Assembly: GCA_965228475.1 (NCBI GenBank) | Contig: OZ245817.1 | Location: 1,408,001 to 1,472,000, forward strand | Length of the DNA: 64,000 nt | Direction: 5' to 3' | Origin: Myxococcota bacterium | Lineage (GTDB): Bacteria > Myxococcota_A > UBA9160 > JAFDDA01 | Shown here: positions 60,602 through 64,000 of the stretch, piece after piece | Layout: each line of letters opens with the position of its first letter | Position numbering within the stretch: the first letter of the stretch is position 1 | Translations under genes and position numbers: made by a program | The notes under the pieces: model-generated | What the model was told of the DNA's origin: nothing | The model's database searches: none | What the model saw: only the letters and a program-made list of their open reading frames with translations

Positions 60602-62353
60602 TCAGCCGCCCGCGTCGGTGCGGGGCGTACCGCCGCTCGTCGGCGTCACCTTCATGCGCTCGTAGAGCGCGAGCCTGCGCTCGAGATCGCGCGTGCGCGC
60701 CTCGTCGCCGCTGGCCCGGGCGGCCTCGAGGCCCTGGCGCGCCGCCTCGCTCGCGGCGTTCCACTCGCCGGCCGCTTCGTGGGCCGCAGCCAGGGTCTGG
60801 AAGCCTTCGGGCCGCGCCGGCCCGAGTTTGCGGGTGACGTAGCTCGCGAGCTTGCGCGCCTGGCGGAGGCTCTTCGGGTCGTCGCCGTGATCCGAGATCA
60901 GGAGCCACGCCATGCGGTCGGCGGCGATGACGGGCGGCGTCGGGTTGCCGCTGACGACGCGGCGGTAGGCGGCCAGGGCGACGTCGCGCTCCCCTTCGGC
61001 TTCGGCCAGCTGTCCGACCCGGCCCCACAGCGACGGCGAGTCTTCCCCGAACCGCGAGAGATCCGAGGCGACGCTGCGGAGGGTCACGTAGGGCGTCTCC
61101 GGCTGGGTCGCGAGGTGGGTCAGCCAGAGCACGTAGGCCTGGGCGACGACGCACGCGAGGCCCGCCGCGCCCACGCTCCAGGCGAGCCAGCGCCGCTTCC
61201 GGCGCCCGGCGCCGTCGTCGGCCGGCTCGGCGCGCAGCAGTGCGCGGGCGATGCGGCCGTCGCGGAGCTTCCAGATCGCACCGTCGAGGATGAAATGGTG
61301 GAGGTTCACCACCGACGCCACGAGCACGGCGATCCCGGCGGCGTTCGGGAGCGATCCGCCGAGCACCGTCGGCAGGAGCAGGAACGCCGGCAGGGTCACA
61401 AAGGCGCCCGCGAACAGGCAGCGCGCGAGGAAGGGGGGGAAGGAGCCGAACTCGCCCGTGCGCTCGGCGTAGAACCAGGTGACCCAGAGGTACTGGATCG
61501 CGTGGGACGTCGAGATCCACCAGGCGGACAGCGGAAGCGCGAGCTCGGCCGGGAGGTCCTTTGCCGTCAGCGACGTTGCGAGGGCCGGTACGGCGAACCA
61601 CAGGCCCTGCGTTCCCACGAGCAGGAGCACGGGCAGGAGCGATGCTCCGCCGGCGCTCCGCTGGAGGCTCCGGCCGGCGCGGAACAGGTAGAAGAGGTAG
61701 ACGCCGAGGCAGCCGACCGCGAGCCCCTGCACGAGCGTCCGGCCCAGGCCGAGCTTCTGGACGGTGAAGACGCCCGAGCGGTCGCTGCTCGCGTTGGCGA
61801 AGACGAGGTCCGAGCCGACCACGTGGATGGCCAGGATGGCCAGCACCGCGGACATCACGAAGGAGAGGTAGAGATCGCGCTTGGTGGCGTCGTCGAAGGC
61901 GATGCCGCTGCGGCGCAGGTACATGACGGCGAGGCCGTAGTTCTGGCCGGAGAAGTGCCAGGGGCTCCAGGTGACGTAGGCCGTGAGCAGGAGCGAGCCG
62001 ATGAACGCGTTGTAGAGGCCCGCGGCGAACGCGACGAGCAGGCCGAGGGTGATCCAGACCGCGAAGAACGCGTAGCGGGTGCGGTCCTGGCGGCGGTCGT
62101 AGACGCGCAGCAGCGTTGCGCCGTAGTGGGGCGTGCTGAAGAGGAGGGCCAGGGCGGCGATCAACCAGACGGGCCGGCTGCCGAGGGCGCCGCTCATGGT
62201 TCCCCAGGCGAGCAGGGGAACGCTCAACACATAGGCGAGGCCGTAGCCGAAGAGCAGATCGACGGCGCGGCCGTAGAGCCAGGGCGAGGGCTTCGGCGCC
62301 CCGCCCGCGGGCGAGGCGGGGATCGTGCCTTCGGTGGGTGTCGTAGCGGCCAT
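60602..62353 (-). CDS. Uncharacterised polytopic membrane protein with His motifs and C-terminal TPR-like region
   Basis: Multiple TMs; TPHYGAT, PWHFSGQNYG, SHAIQYL, LHHFILDGAIW. ATG 62413 overlaps a -10 box, so 62353 is preferred. Confidence 0.8.
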   Translation of the reverse strand: MAATTPTEGTIPASPAGGAPKPSPWLYGRAVDLLFGYGLAYVLSVPLLAWGTMSGALGSRPVWLIAALALLFSTPHYGATLLRVYDRRQDRTRYAFFAVWITLGLLVAFAAGLYNAFIGSLLLTAYVTWSPWHFSGQNYGLAVMYLRRSGIAFDDATKRDLYLSFVMSAVLAILAIHVVGSDLVFANASSDRSGVFTVQKLGLGRTLVQGLAVGCLGVYLFYLFRAGRSLQRSAGGASLLPVLLLVGTQGLWFAVPALATSLTAKDLPAELALPLSAWWISTSHAIQYLWVTWFYAERTGEFGSFPPFLARCLFAGAFVTLPAFLLLPTVLGGSLPNAAGIAVLVASVVNLHHFILDGAIWKLRDGRIARALLRAEPADDGAGRRKRRWLAWSVGAAGLACVVAQAYVLWLTHLATQPETPYVTLRSVASDLSRFGEDSPSLWGRVGQLAEAEGERDVALAAYRRVVSGNPTPPVIAADRMAWLLISDHGDDPKSLRQARKLASYVTRKLGPARPEGFQTLAAAHEAAGEWNAASEAARQGLEAARASGDEARTRDLERRLALYERMKVTPTSGGTPRTDAGG

Positions 62354-62411
62354 CGGCTGCGGCCAACCTCCGGGAGTCCTTCGGGGACGGCCACTTGCCG
62401 AACCCGTCGCC

Positions 62412-62627
62412 ATTCTAATCCTGTTTGCGGCCCGGGGCAGCGCATTGCCGCCCTCGGCCGCGAACGGCGCTCTCCCGTCCACGGCAGGACGCGCCCGGCG
62501 CCTGAGTTCCCATCGAGGAGAAGCTGGGGAGTCCCGCCTCACCGACCGGCAGCTTTCTCGCGCCCGGCAGTTTTCTCGCGCTTCTGCCGCCGGCAGGTTT
62601 GCCCCGCCAAGGGGCCGCCGGTAGAAT
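62412..62627. promoter_or_regulatory. Divergent sigma70-type promoters with an 18-bp tandem repeat between them
   Basis: Minus strand CTGCCC-17-TAGAAT (62440-62412); plus strand TTGCCC-17-TAGAAT (62599-62627); ccggcagYtttctcgcgc x2 at 62546-62581. Confidence 0.65.
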
Positions 62628-62712
62628 GCCCGCGTTCCCGAAAAACCCGCAACATCCGCCACCCCACTCCCGAAACCGGCATCCGAGGCACGAAAGGGAG
62701 GGCGAGGTCCCC

Positions 62713-63425
62713 ATGTTCGCCGTCATTCAGTTTCCGGGTTCGAACGACGACCGGGACATGGTCCACGCGTTGAAGGGCGTCCTGGGCGCCGACGCCCGGC
62801 TCGTCTGGCACGGCGACGCAGCCCTGCCGGCCGGCACCGAGGGCGTGCTCGTCCCCGGCGGTTTCTCCTACGGGGACTACCTCCGCTGTGGCGCGATGGC
62901 GCGCTTTTCCCCGGTCATGGCGGACGTGCAGCGGTTCGCCGGCCAGGGCGGGCTCGTGCTCGGCACCTGCAACGGCTTCCAGGTCCTGTGCGAGGCGGGG
63001 CTGCTCCCCGGCGCCCTCCGCCAGAACGCCGGCCTGCACTTCATCTGCGAGACGTCTGCACTTCGCGTCGAGCGGGCGGACACGCACTTCACCCGGGGCT
63101 TTTCCGAGGGCGAGGTCATCCACATCCCGATCAAGCACGGCGAGGGCTGCTACTTCGCCCACGCCGACGATCTGGCCCGCCTCGAGGCGAACGGCCAGGT
63201 CCTGCTCCGCTACTGCCAGGACGACGGCACCGTGGACGAGGCCGCCAACCCGAACGGCTCGCTCGCGAACATCGCCGGGGTCATGAACGAGGCCGGCAAC
63301 GTCTTCGGCCTGATGCCCCATCCCGAGCACGCCGTGGAGCCGGCGCTCGGAGGCACCGACGGCGGCCGCATGCTGCGTGCCATGATGGAGGCGGCCGCGC
63401 GGGTGGCCCAGGCGGGGGAGGGTGC

Positions 63426-63429
<4 letters not shown>
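62713..63429 (+). CDS. purQ: FGAM synthase glutaminase subunit PurQ
   Basis: [35 protein letters not shown]. Confidence 0.97.

Positions 63430-64000
<571 letters not shown>

Overview
High-GC bacterial window whose gene repertoire (DnaK paralog, TPR-rich proteins, TPR-Ser/Thr kinase, Cys-TM-polyArg sorting tail) suggests a myxobacterium-like (Myxococcota) genome; this taxonomy is inference. The left arm carries a tandem-redoxin lipoprotein, dnaJ/dnaK paralogs, yebC-ruvCAB, a membrane-anchored TPR-Ser/Thr kinase, lpxC behind a full sigma54-type promoter, a TPR protein and a sulfatase-like lipoprotein. The centre (about 15.8-42.2 kb) is a mosaic Wzx/Wzy polysaccharide locus with only two glycosyltransferases but many tailoring enzymes: 2 AsnB-like amidotransferases, 2 DUF362 proteins, an ATP-grasp ligase, a CoA ligase, a sulfotransferase, an SGNH protein, a nucleotidyltransferase/P-loop kinase fusion, an APH-like kinase and a beta-helix protein, with a phytase embedded. 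The right arm is housekeeping: ntrY-ntrX, a rimI-pyrK fusion, pyrD, rimP-nusA-infB-DUF503-rbfA-truB-rpsO-pnp, dut, cdsA, purB, purS, an inverted His-motif membrane protein gene, purQ and the start of purL. I found no rRNA, tRNA, CRISPR array or transposase. All family calls come from motif recognition by eye, not from database searches.
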